Shown piece after piece: positions 9,092 through 17,557 of a stretch of DNA of 31,285 bases. The position numbers and the translations under genes were made by a program. The stretch's first letter is position 1; each line of letters begins with the position of its first letter. Below the pieces are notes generated by a model. That model was given only the letters and a program-made list of their open reading frames with translations. It was not told the origin of the DNA and did not search any database. Source of the DNA: a virus (Duplodnaviria; Caudoviricetes); IMG/VR virus record IMGVR_UViG_3300016484_001035, positions 1-31,285 of that record. One strand, given 5' to 3'.

Positions 9092-9846
9092 GACGAGGAT
9101 GGGTTGTCGGAGGTCGGAGATACGCCCAGGCGGGCGCGGATGTAGGAGCGAGCGGCCTCGATGGCCTCGAGCTCGAGAATCATGGGCGGCGGCAGGACCC
9201 GCGGATCCGCCGGGATGCGCGCGCGGCGCACGAGCCAATACTCGACGCGGCCGATCGTGCCCTCGCGGTTGGCGGACTCCTTCTTCACTGTCGCGCGCAG
9301 CTTGCGAGCGGCCGCACGGGCCTCCTTGGAGGCACCGGCCTGCGCTGCAGCCCGCAGAGCGAAGCGGTTCGACTGCTGACTGTCCGTCAGCGTGCGGACT
9401 AGAGCCGGCCGAAGACCGCCGTCGGGGTGCGCGATGCGGGCAAACCGGAAAGCCGTCTTGGCCGCGTCGCGGGCACGGGGAGATCCGCCGCGGTAAGCCT
9501 CGGCCGTGGCAGGGATCGCGAGGTAGCGGCCGCGCTTCGGCGTGATGGTGCCTCCACGCTCCTTGAATGCCATGATTGGCGAGGCCACCACTACCTCGCC
9601 CTGGACATCGGTGATCGCGGCCGGATCGACGGAGGTCTTGCGAGCACCCTCGCGCGCGAAGATCCCGGAGTTCGGCCAGCCCATCTTGTTGGGCTCCCGA
9701 TCGCGGTTGGTGAAGTGATCCTTCACGACCCGCGATACGCCGGCCGTGGCGGCAGAGACCAGGCCTCGCGGCCGCAGCAACAGGCGCACCATGGCGCGGG
9801 TGCTTGCGAGCGGGGCAACCGCCTGCACGTCGACGACGACGCTCAA
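9088..9846 (-). CDS. Mu gpG-like virion morphogenesis / tail completion protein (252 aa)
   Basis: Basic protein with GGTITPKRGRYLAIP and ARIPADPRVLP motifs; neck-gene position. Confidence 0.7.
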   Translation of the reverse strand: MSVVVDVQAVAPLASTRAMVRLLLRPRGLVSAATAGVSRVVKDHFTNRDREPNKMGWPNSGIFAREGARKTSVDPAAITDVQGEVVVASPIMAFKERGGTITPKRGRYLAIPATAEAYRGGSPRARDAAKTAFRFARIAHPDGGLRPALVRTLTDSQQSNRFALRAAAQAGASKEARAAARKLRATVKKESANREGTIGRVEYWLVRRARIPADPRVLPPPMILELEAIEAARSYIRARLGVSPTSDNPSSS

Positions 9847-10244
9847 GAGACACCTCCGGTCTGTGTGCGCGGCATGATCGAAAGATCGATCCGACTGCCA
9901 GCCTCGAGATAAAGATTCCAGGCGAGCCGACCATGAGGCTTACGCTCCGGGTCCTGCATCGTCGGGTCGTAGTGCGCTGCGATAGCCTGCTGAATCTGCT
10001 CTTCCGTGCAGGACTGCAGGTGGTGGCGCGTCAGCTCCGGAAAGTCGCATGCGCCGAGGTGTTCCTTGAGGGCGGCGACTAGCACTTCAGGTGCGACGGC
10101 GGCATCCACCCAAGGGCAGGCGACGAGGTCGAAGTCCGAGTGCATGGTGCCATGGATGGTCAGGGCGTAGCCGTGCTTGCGCGCTACCTCGGCCAACCCG
10201 TGGTAGATTGCGCAATAGAACGGCGCGCGAGCTGCGGGCTTCAC
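9843..10244 (-). CDS. Minimal nucleotidyltransferase-fold (Pol beta superfamily-like) protein (133 aa)
   Basis: GYALTIHGTMHSDFDLVACPW (G-T...D-x-D) plus a later RIDLSI strand with a third Asp; 4-bp overlaps with both neighbours. Confidence 0.55.
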   Translation of the reverse strand: MKPAARAPFYCAIYHGLAEVARKHGYALTIHGTMHSDFDLVACPWVDAAVAPEVLVAALKEHLGACDFPELTRHHLQSCTEEQIQQAIAAHYDPTMQDPERKPHGRLAWNLYLEAGSRIDLSIMPRTQTGGVS

Positions 10245-11056
10245 GATGCCCCTCCTTCTTGCCGAACGAAGCGCACAGCGCCGTCCTGGACGTTGACCTG
10301 GTCGCCGAAGATGAGCCGGAGCTGAGCCATCTTCTCGGGACCTAGATCCGACTCGCTGATATCACCCATGCCGGTGTTCGGCGCCGGGGTCGGGCGTTCG
10401 CCAGGCCGCAGCAATCCGAGCTGCTGCGCCTCCTCGAGATTGACGTCGCGCACGCCCATACCGCTCCCGAAGTCGAACGGCGGGAACGGCGTGCCGAAAC
10501 GGGAAATCGCCGCCCAGATCGGGTCCGACTTGAGCGCCACCATCCGGCCTGCAACGAGCTTGCCGCCAGCCTGCGTCCACCGTGCACGCCAGTCGCGCGG
10601 TGCGCTGCGATCCTCGATGCGCACAAGCTCCTGAGCAGGGACCGCGTCGAGCAGATCCGGATCCTGTCCGGCCACGTGCTGAGCGTAGGCGTGGGCGCGG
10701 TCGACCTGCGTGTCGTAGATCAGGCGCAGCCGGCGCGCCGAGGAAATGTCCGTGAGCCCGCCCTCGCCTGTGCCCAGGCCCTCCTGGGCGAGCGTGTCCT
10801 TGAGATCGGCGACGAACGAGTCTCGCGTCACAAGGGCCTCACCCTTCGCGACCCGCTCGCGCATCTGGCTCACGCTCGCTGCGAGCTTTGACTTCACCGC
10901 GTCCAGGACGCGGATCGATTCCACGCCGGACGAGTAGAGCGACTGGTTGCGCAGCTCGGCGGGCACGATCTGCTCCCAGTCACGCGTGCGCAGCACCGAA
11001 CCCACCGGAGTGGATTGGGTGATGCGTTTGATCGCGTCTTTGAGGGAGCGGAACAT
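10241..11056 (-). CDS. Mu gpF-like minor head protein (271 aa)
   Basis: RRLRLIYDTQV...A.A..Q and PFPPFDFGSGMGV motifs typical of MuF proteins; no C-terminal toxin extension is visible. Confidence 0.75.
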   Translation of the reverse strand: MFRSLKDAIKRITQSTPVGSVLRTRDWEQIVPAELRNQSLYSSGVESIRVLDAVKSKLAASVSQMRERVAKGEALVTRDSFVADLKDTLAQEGLGTGEGGLTDISSARRLRLIYDTQVDRAHAYAQHVAGQDPDLLDAVPAQELVRIEDRSAPRDWRARWTQAGGKLVAGRMVALKSDPIWAAISRFGTPFPPFDFGSGMGVRDVNLEEAQQLGLLRPGERPTPAPNTGMGDISESDLGPEKMAQLRLIFGDQVNVQDGAVRFVRQEGGAS

Positions 11057-11059
11057 GGG

Positions 11060-11494
11060 TCAGAACCGGACGTCCTTGCGGCGATAGCCGGTGCTCTTGC
11101 TCACAATCGTGGAGCTCGCGGGCGCCGCCTGGGTGGCGCCACTCTCGGCCTCCTCAAACCCATACTCCCCGCTCGCCACGCGGCGCATGAGGGCGATCGC
11201 ATCCTGGTAGTCGGAGGTGCGGGCTTCTGTCCGCAGCCGCTCGTCGGGGAGACGCGAGATGAGGGTGTGCCGCGCGATCGTGAGCGTGGCGCGCAGCAAT
11301 TCCTCTGGCACGGTCAGCCCGGCGGCGACCCGGCGCTTGGCGATGATGTAGCCGCGCACCTCGCGCACAGCGTTCTCCAGCGCGGCCGGCGCGGGATCGG
11401 CCTGTCCGGCAGCGATGAACGATGAGAGCACGCGGCTTTCCACGCTGGAGAGCACCGCGGCAAGATCATCGGTCGTGGGAGTGACCCAAGCCAT
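11060..11494 (-). CDS. Mu gp36-like (DUF1320) head-tail adaptor (144 aa)
   Basis: ALENAVREVRGYI...VPEELLRATLTIARHTL...YQDAIALMRRVASG; start placed at ATG 11494 (MAWVT). Confidence 0.8.
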   Translation of the reverse strand: MAWVTPTTDDLAAVLSSVESRVLSSFIAAGQADPAPAALENAVREVRGYIIAKRRVAAGLTVPEELLRATLTIARHTLISRLPDERLRTEARTSDYQDAIALMRRVASGEYGFEEAESGATQAAPASSTIVSKSTGYRRKDVRF

Positions 11495-11517
11495 GAGAGT
11501 GAAGTAAGAAAGGGGGT

Positions 11518-11632
11518 CCCGGGCCGCTCTACACCGCCGGGTCAGTGTTCCTATGGTCCAACACATGAACGCCCTCGCTACGAACGGCGTGGGAGCGCTC
11601 CACGCCGGGAAGGTTGAACGGCCTCGCGGCCG
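11518..11632 (-). other. Cluster of four stem-loops in the capsid-gp36 intergenic region
   Basis: Inverted repeats at 11619-23/11628-32 (GCGA tetraloop on the minus strand), 11585-92/11600-07, 11545-49/11560-64 and 11518-22/11537-41. Confidence 0.45.
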
Positions 11633-11638
11633 GATGGT

Positions 11639-12631
11639 TCAGCTGACGGTGAGCTTGCGCGCGCCCTCGCCCGTCTGGGCGTAGAGCTCGTAGCACTCGA
11701 CCGTGATCTCGCAGAACTTGCCCTCGGTCTTCTCGTAGACGGCCCAGCGGCCGCCGGAGCTGGTCGGCGTGTAGAACCGCTTGAACGTGCTCGGGTCGTC
11801 GATCGTCATGCCCGGCATCGCCAGGTAAGCGTAGACCTTCGATCCGATCATCTCCGCCTTGGAGGTCGCTCCGCTCGAGTAGCGGGAGCTCACCGTCACC
11901 ACCTTGTCGAGCATCTCGACCCGTGCCAGATCCTCGGGGGTGTAGAGTGCGAGACGTCCAGCGGCCGCGCCGTCCTTGATCTCGTAAGCATCCTTGCGGG
12001 CCGTCCATGCAGCCTCGCCATAGACGACCATGTTCGGGCGGATACCGGTCACGTCGGCACTGGCCTTCAGCGCGGCGCGTAGGTGGCCGTCCGGATTCGG
12101 AGTGCCGGACGTCCAGGTGACAGCCGTGTTACTGGCGGCGCCATCGACGATCGCCAGACCGCGACGGAGACTGTTGCGGCGGACGCGATCCATCAGCCAG
12201 CGGACCTTGGCCTCCTTCCAGTTCGAGCCGCTGACCTCGTCGAGATCGACGCGGACTGTCAGTCCGCAGTTCTTGGTTTTCGCCTGGGTGACAGTGCCGG
12301 TCGGGTTGGGCACCACCTTGAACTCCCCGCCGATTGCGCGGACATCATCGACCTCGACCAGGAAGCCGTCCTTCGAGGAGGCGACCACGAACTCAAAGCG
12401 ACGCGCGACCTCGATGCCGGGGAAGAGCGTGTCGATCACCGTGTCGAGGTTGGTCGTATCCCGGTAGCCCACGGCGTAGGCCGTCAGGCCGACGGAGAGA
12501 TTGTTGGCGTTGAACCGCGACTCGTTGGCCGCGGCGATGACGCCGACCGGGAGCGAGCCGAAGCCCGAGTCGATCGGCATTGCGTTGACGGCAGCGAGAC
12601 TCGCCGCTGCTGCGATGATTTTGCCACTCAT
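11639..12631 (-). CDS. Major capsid protein (330 aa)
   Basis: Size, position after protease and decoration genes, strong codon bias, and a capsid-like TGIRPNMVVYGEAAW motif. Confidence 0.85.
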   Translation of the reverse strand: MSGKIIAAAASLAAVNAMPIDSGFGSLPVGVIAAANESRFNANNLSVGLTAYAVGYRDTTNLDTVIDTLFPGIEVARRFEFVVASSKDGFLVEVDDVRAIGGEFKVVPNPTGTVTQAKTKNCGLTVRVDLDEVSGSNWKEAKVRWLMDRVRRNSLRRGLAIVDGAASNTAVTWTSGTPNPDGHLRAALKASADVTGIRPNMVVYGEAAWTARKDAYEIKDGAAAGRLALYTPEDLARVEMLDKVVTVSSRYSSGATSKAEMIGSKVYAYLAMPGMTIDDPSTFKRFYTPTSSGGRWAVYEKTEGKFCEITVECYELYAQTGEGARKLTVS

Positions 12632-12691
12632 GTGGATAGTGATAACTGCGGTGTGGGTGTGGTGCCTAAGCCGACAGGCTCAGGCAGGTGA

Positions 12692-13231
12692 TCAGGTGAC
12701 GACGCGCTGAACCGGGAAGCTCGGCTGATACTCGATCAGCTCGCCGTCGGCGGCGGCGCCGGTCGCGCGGCCGATGATGTAGTAGGTGCCAGCGCTCGAG
12801 GGCAGCTTGCGGACCTTGCCGCTTGCCCCCGGGACGAGGAACTCGCCATCGGCGATCGCGCCGGAGGCCACGCCGATTTGCGTCCTCTCCGCGACGCCCA
12901 GTAGATCGACGGACACCGTGTCACCTGCAGCCCCCTCATCGGGGACGGGTCCAAGCGGGATACCATCGGTGCCGCAGAGCGCGGCATATCCGGCCGCACT
13001 ACCCGGCTTCACGAGCAGGTATTTCGCGGAGAGCGCATCGTCCAGGACGTAGGGCTTCGAGCCGCACCAGGTGCCAGGCGAGAGGGCATTGACGGCCGCG
13101 ATGCAGCCGGGCGGCACGGTGCGTGCGCGGCCGATCAGCAGGGCGCCCAGGAACAGACCGAGCACGAGCGCGATCAGGCCGAGGATGATGGGAAAGCCGG
13201 GCGAGCCGGCGTAGACAGCGAGCGATTTCAT
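12692..13231 (-). CDS. Capsid decoration/cement protein (DUF2190-like) with N-terminal transmembrane helix (179 aa)
   Basis: PLG...AAGDTVSV...ASGAIADGEFLVPGASGK...IIGRATGAAADGELI pattern, located between protease and capsid genes; residues about 15-34 (IILGLIALVLGLFLGALLIG) are hydrophobic. Confidence 0.75.
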   Translation of the reverse strand: MKSLAVYAGSPGFPIILGLIALVLGLFLGALLIGRARTVPPGCIAAVNALSPGTWCGSKPYVLDDALSAKYLLVKPGSAAGYAALCGTDGIPLGPVPDEGAAGDTVSVDLLGVAERTQIGVASGAIADGEFLVPGASGKVRKLPSSAGTYYIIGRATGAAADGELIEYQPSFPVQRVVT

Positions 13232-13290
13232 GGAGTGCAGTATGACTGACGGGATGGGTTTTCGGATCGGATGGAGCCGGAGCGGAGAGC

Positions 13291-14520
13291 TCAGGCGAAC
13301 AGGTCGGGCTTCTTCGTCTTGACGGTGGCCCAGGCAGTCGAGTGATCGACGCCGGCCGTGCGCATTTCCTGCGCGACAGCCTCATTGATGGCCGCGATCT
13401 TGCCCACAGGGCCGCTGGCGGCGGTGCTGCGATCGCGACCACCGGCGAACGGTGCCGTGTTGATGGCCGAGACGGCCGCCGTGAGCTCGCCCACGGCAAC
13501 GCCGAACTGCTCGTCATTGGCGGCAGCCAGACGCTTGGTCTCGTCGCCGCGCTGGGCTTCGGTGAGCTTTCCTGCGGCGATCTTGGCAGCCACGAGCGTG
13601 TTCGCACGGGAGGCCTTGAGCGTCTCGATCGTGCTGTTGGCGGCAGCGAGCGAGCTCTTCGCCGTCGCCGCTTCGTTGGCGGCCGCAGTCTGGGCGGTCT
13701 TGCTGGTTTCGAGCTGCGACTTGAGAGCGTCGCGCTCCTTGATAAGGCCGGAGATCGCCGTTTCGACGTCGGCCTGGGTCGAGTCGGCTTTGATGCCGAC
13801 GGATGCGAGCAGTGCAATGAGCCAGGGAGGCATGATGGTCTTGGTTGGGTCCCCCTCGTTCGCCGCCACTGTGGTCGCCTCGCGAGGGAGATTGGGAGTG
13901 TTGGTCAGTCCGATGCTGACGAGTTCGTAGGGCCGATAGCGGCCGGGCTTGCCGGTGATCGGCTCCATGTTCCAGTGCGGGGACTGGTGTCCGTAGGCGG
14001 GTGCGTCGCCCGCCAGCGCTTCCGTTCCAGCGGCGTTGAGCGTGACGCGCGCATAGAGCCCATCGTCGCGGCGCTGCAGTTCCTTGATGCGTCCGAACGC
14101 TGCGGCCTTCACCCCGGGGTTCGTGGCGCGCCACGACGGGTAATCCGGATGGCCTTCGTAGATCGGGAGACCTGCGAACTTGGTGATTTTGCGGGCCCAG
14201 CCCTCGAACTTGGTCACGACCGCATCCGCGGCAGCGGCATCGAACACCTGGAACACGATCGCGCCCTCCGGCGTGCGGAAGGGGAACTCGCCGAACGGCG
14301 AAATCCGCCACCAGATGGGTTGCGCGACGTCGGCGATCGCGGTGATCTCATTGACCGCGCCGATGATCGAGCTGGCCACGGTGCCCGGTTTGGCCTCGTT
14401 CGCGGCCGCAATCGACCCGGAGCGCACAGCACGGTTTAGAGCGCCGATTAATCGACCTGCAGAGGCCGTGCAAATCGCGATGGCGGCGTTTTGGGGCCGA
14501 GAGTGGGTGATGATAGCCAT
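13291..14520 (-). CDS. Mu gpI-like prohead protease with C-terminal scaffold (409 aa)
   Basis: PIYEGHPD, GRIKELQRRDDGLYARV, QSPHW and SIGLTNTPNL motifs, followed by a coiled-coil scaffold region. Confidence 0.85.
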   Translation of the reverse strand: MAIITHSRPQNAAIAICTASAGRLIGALNRAVRSGSIAAANEAKPGTVASSIIGAVNEITAIADVAQPIWWRISPFGEFPFRTPEGAIVFQVFDAAAADAVVTKFEGWARKITKFAGLPIYEGHPDYPSWRATNPGVKAAAFGRIKELQRRDDGLYARVTLNAAGTEALAGDAPAYGHQSPHWNMEPITGKPGRYRPYELVSIGLTNTPNLPREATTVAANEGDPTKTIMPPWLIALLASVGIKADSTQADVETAISGLIKERDALKSQLETSKTAQTAAANEAATAKSSLAAANSTIETLKASRANTLVAAKIAAGKLTEAQRGDETKRLAAANDEQFGVAVGELTAAVSAINTAPFAGGRDRSTAASGPVGKIAAINEAVAQEMRTAGVDHSTAWATVKTKKPDLFA

Positions 14521-14555
14521 ATGACGGGATGGGCCTTAAAATCGGGTTTTCTGGC

Positions 14556-16139
14556 CTAGGCCTGTTTCTGGGCCTTCTGGATCGTGGTCCGGGCGCCCGC
14601 CAGGGCGGCCGTCCCCATACCGCGCTCGAACACGTCGGCGAGCGCCTGGACGTCCATCTGACCGAGCAAATCCGGGAGCTCCTGGAGCGCCTTCTCGGCA
14701 ACGGCCAACAGCTCCTTGTCGGAGATCCCGCTCTTGGCGCGCTGCTCCAAGTCGGCGAACAGACCGGTGAGCGGGGCGAGCCAGGAGGCCGGCACCTTCA
14801 GCTCGCGGTGCAATTCCTCGACGAGCGTCTGCGGGACGGACGTCGTCACGGGCGGAGCTTCGTTGATCGCCGCGGTGGCACCAGGAGCGACCACCGGCTT
14901 GAGCAGCGTGGCTTCCGCCGGGGGAAGCGGGCGGGAGTAGCGCTCGGCCGCCTGCTCCGTGGAGATCGGGTGTCCGACTTCGAGGAGGAACCGGTCGATC
15001 GCAAGGTCCACGTAGCCCTTGGCCGTCTGCGGAGGCGTGATTTGGAAGTAGGCCAGGCGCGGGACGCCCGGGCCGAACACGAGCTGGAGCACCTGGTCCG
15101 ACACTCGGCGGTTGAGCGTTTCGCTCACCCACTCGGCGCGGTCGTTGGCGAGCATGACCGTCTCGCCGCCCTGGAGCGATGCGCCCTCTCCGGAGCCGGA
15201 GCCGGCGGACATCGTCGAGAGATCCGCTCCGCGCCACAGGCGTGTGAGCATCCGATCCATGCGCTCCACGATGGGCGGGTGTGGCAGTTCGCCCTGGACA
15301 GCCCAGCTCTTGAGGTTGAGCTCAGTCGCCTTGTTGCGGATCCACGCAAACTCGGAGCCGGCCGCGTCGACTGCCTCCTCGAGGACCTTGTATTCCGGGC
15401 TGTCCTTGGGGGCGTCGGTCACGCCCTCGATACCCGGGAGACCAAAGCGAGAGGCGTAGACAAACCAGTCCTGCAAGGCCGTGCGCTTGAACAGCCATGC
15501 GATCGCCTGCGCCACGCCGAGGGACTTGCGACGCACGGCGACCAGCCACTCCGAGCGGGCCATGTCCACACCGTCGTAGGACTGGCTGTCCTGGAGAAAC
15601 CGCAGGCGGCCTGTGCTGCACTCCGTCCACCAAGCGGGGACGTGGGTAGCGCGGACCGTGTAGCTGCCCTGAGCCTCGCCGATCCGCGGCGGGAGGTAGC
15701 GCCACTGCAGGTGGTGCGCCGAGTAGCGCTGGGACTGCGCGCTGAGCAACTGCTCGATGAGCATGCGCACGCCGCCCTCGAGGTCCAAGTCGAGCGCATC
15801 ACTCGCCACCAGGTCGTTGTAGGTGCGCATCAGGACGTCGCGCTGGCGCTTCGCCAGGTCCTTCTGCACCGGGTCGGAGGTTTCGACGGTGAGGATGTCC
15901 CACTTGCGCGAGGTGACGTCGCCGATCGCCTTGGGGACGACGGTCGCGAGCACATCGTCACGCTCCTCGAGGCTGTCGATGATGCGAGCCAAGTCGCCGA
16001 GGCGTCCGGCCCTCCAGCCCTGGATGTGCTGGAGCATCAGCTCGGGAGTGAGGTCCGTGATCGTCGAGAACGCAGCCAGCCGCAGTGCACGCGACCGGGC
16101 CTCCAGCGCCTGGAACGTCGGGGAGAATGAGGGGATCAT
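14556..16139 (-). CDS. Portal protein, Mu gp29/DUF935 family (527 aa)
   Basis: LEERDDVL, WLFKRTALQDWFVYASRFGLP and LWRGADLST motifs; directly after the terminase with an ATGA overlap. Confidence 0.88.
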   Translation of the reverse strand: MIPSFSPTFQALEARSRALRLAAFSTITDLTPELMLQHIQGWRAGRLGDLARIIDSLEERDDVLATVVPKAIGDVTSRKWDILTVETSDPVQKDLAKRQRDVLMRTYNDLVASDALDLDLEGGVRMLIEQLLSAQSQRYSAHHLQWRYLPPRIGEAQGSYTVRATHVPAWWTECSTGRLRFLQDSQSYDGVDMARSEWLVAVRRKSLGVAQAIAWLFKRTALQDWFVYASRFGLPGIEGVTDAPKDSPEYKVLEEAVDAAGSEFAWIRNKATELNLKSWAVQGELPHPPIVERMDRMLTRLWRGADLSTMSAGSGSGEGASLQGGETVMLANDRAEWVSETLNRRVSDQVLQLVFGPGVPRLAYFQITPPQTAKGYVDLAIDRFLLEVGHPISTEQAAERYSRPLPPAEATLLKPVVAPGATAAINEAPPVTTSVPQTLVEELHRELKVPASWLAPLTGLFADLEQRAKSGISDKELLAVAEKALQELPDLLGQMDVQALADVFERGMGTAALAGARTTIQKAQKQA

Positions 16140-17557
16140 GCGAGGAGGCGGCGGGCGCCGCGGCGCTTCGTGTTGAGGATGGAGCGCATGCGCTCACTGC
16201 GATCGCCTCCGGAGAGCGGCGTGAACGTCGCCGGCCCGGACGCGCTGCCAGTCGCCCGCAGGGCGAGTGCAAGGGCCGTGCAGCGATCGCTGTGGCCTTC
16301 CGCCGTGCGGGGGGCGGCGTAGGTGTAGGCGCCGGCCCGGACCAGCTGCTGCATGGCGTGCAGGTCCTCGCGGATCTCCACGGACACCGGGATCCGGAGC
16401 GAGCGCTTGTCGAACGCGGCGCGCAGCTTCGGGAAGATCTCGCGCTTGAAGCCTGCCGAGAAGTTGCACAGCTCCGTCTTGCCGAACTCGTGCGACTCAG
16501 GGCGCCATTGGCCACCGTGGTTTTCGACGAGGATATCGCCCAGACCGATGCCAGGGCCGGTGTAGTCCAGGCACACCCGGCCAGCGCGGCGCACACGGTG
16601 CGAGAGGATCTCCGCCTGCGCCACGGTGTTGACGCCACGCAGGACGAGGACCTCGCGCGTCCACCACACATCGCCCAGGCGCTGCAGCGTCCAGCACACG
16701 GTCGGATCGTTCTGGCGGCCGAAGTCGATACCGCACACCAGCGGGCTCGAGGAGGCGACAGCCCAGAACCCATCCTCCACGACCTCCGTCGCCTCGATGG
16801 TTTCGCAGGCGCCGAGCAGATCGTAGGGCAGGAGCACCGTGGCCGTGTCCAAGAACTCGCACTCAAACTCCTGAGCCCAGCCCTCCGGGTCGTCGATCGC
16901 GGCCTTGAGCTCCTCGATGTCGACCGGCAGGCCCAGGCGCACGGCATCGTGGATCGTGACCTTGTGCACGGACCACTTGCTCGCCTTCCCCGGCTGGGGA
17001 TTGAGCAGGGCCTCGTCGACCATCTTGAAGAACCGGCCCGAGCGCCCATTGGGCGTCGAGATGATGCGGACGTTCTTCTTCCCGCCACGCAGCGGGTTGG
17101 TGACGCTCGGGAGAATCGCGCGCCAGGTGGCGTCGCTGTCCTCGAAGAACGCGAACTCCGTCAGGAGAACGTTGGCCGAGAACCCGCGCACCGTATCCGG
17201 ACGCCCAGGGACGGCGATGATGCGAGAGCCGTTCGAGAATTCGATCGTCGAGGCCTTGAGCAGAGCGTTGCTACCTCCGAACCGCTCCTGGGTAGCGTCT
17301 GCGATCGCGAAATTGTAGGCCTCCGCCCACTCGCGGCACTTGGCGAGGGTCTCGAGCGACTGACGCTCGGAGGGTGCGGCAATGAGCCAATTGCGCTTCT
17401 CGCCCGTGAGGCAGTCGCGCACGGCCTCCTCCGAGGAGGAGAAGTCCTTGCCGGTCTGGCGGGACCAGACGCCGATCTTCCAGCGGGCCGGATCGTCGGC
17501 GTAGGCACGCTGGTAGGGCAGCAGCAGCTCGCGAGGCGAGTAGGTCGTGGCGCTCAC
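16136..17557 (-). CDS. terL: Terminase large subunit, Mu gp28-like (473 aa)
   Basis: LLPYQ, Walker A SRQTGKD, VRGFSANVLLTEFAF, IISTPNG, QEFECEF; nuclease motifs GIDFGRQND, DYTGPG and HSD. Confidence 0.93.
   Translation of the reverse strand: MSATTYSPRELLLPYQRAYADDPARWKIGVWSRQTGKDFSSSEEAVRDCLTGEKRNWLIAAPSERQSLETLAKCREWAEAYNFAIADATQERFGGSNALLKASTIEFSNGSRIIAVPGRPDTVRGFSANVLLTEFAFFEDSDATWRAILPSVTNPLRGGKKNVRIISTPNGRSGRFFKMVDEALLNPQPGKASKWSVHKVTIHDAVRLGLPVDIEELKAAIDDPEGWAQEFECEFLDTATVLLPYDLLGACETIEATEVVEDGFWAVASSSPLVCGIDFGRQNDPTVCWTLQRLGDVWWTREVLVLRGVNTVAQAEILSHRVRRAGRVCLDYTGPGIGLGDILVENHGGQWRPESHEFGKTELCNFSAGFKREIFPKLRAAFDKRSLRIPVSVEIREDLHAMQQLVRAGAYTYAAPRTAEGHSDRCTALALALRATGSASGPATFTPLSGGDRSERMRSILNTKRRGARRLLA

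Noticed and set aside
8828-9934. 368-aa ORF as a single gene
   Set aside because: The N-terminal ~280 residues are Arg/Pro/Gly-rich off-frame sequence overlapping the gpG-like gene; only the 87 aa from ATG 9091 look real.
11495-11638. tRNA or other known RNA gene in intergenic spacers
   Set aside because: No cloverleaf with T-loop/D-loop consensus or CCA end was seen here or at 19530-19720 and 20650-20830.
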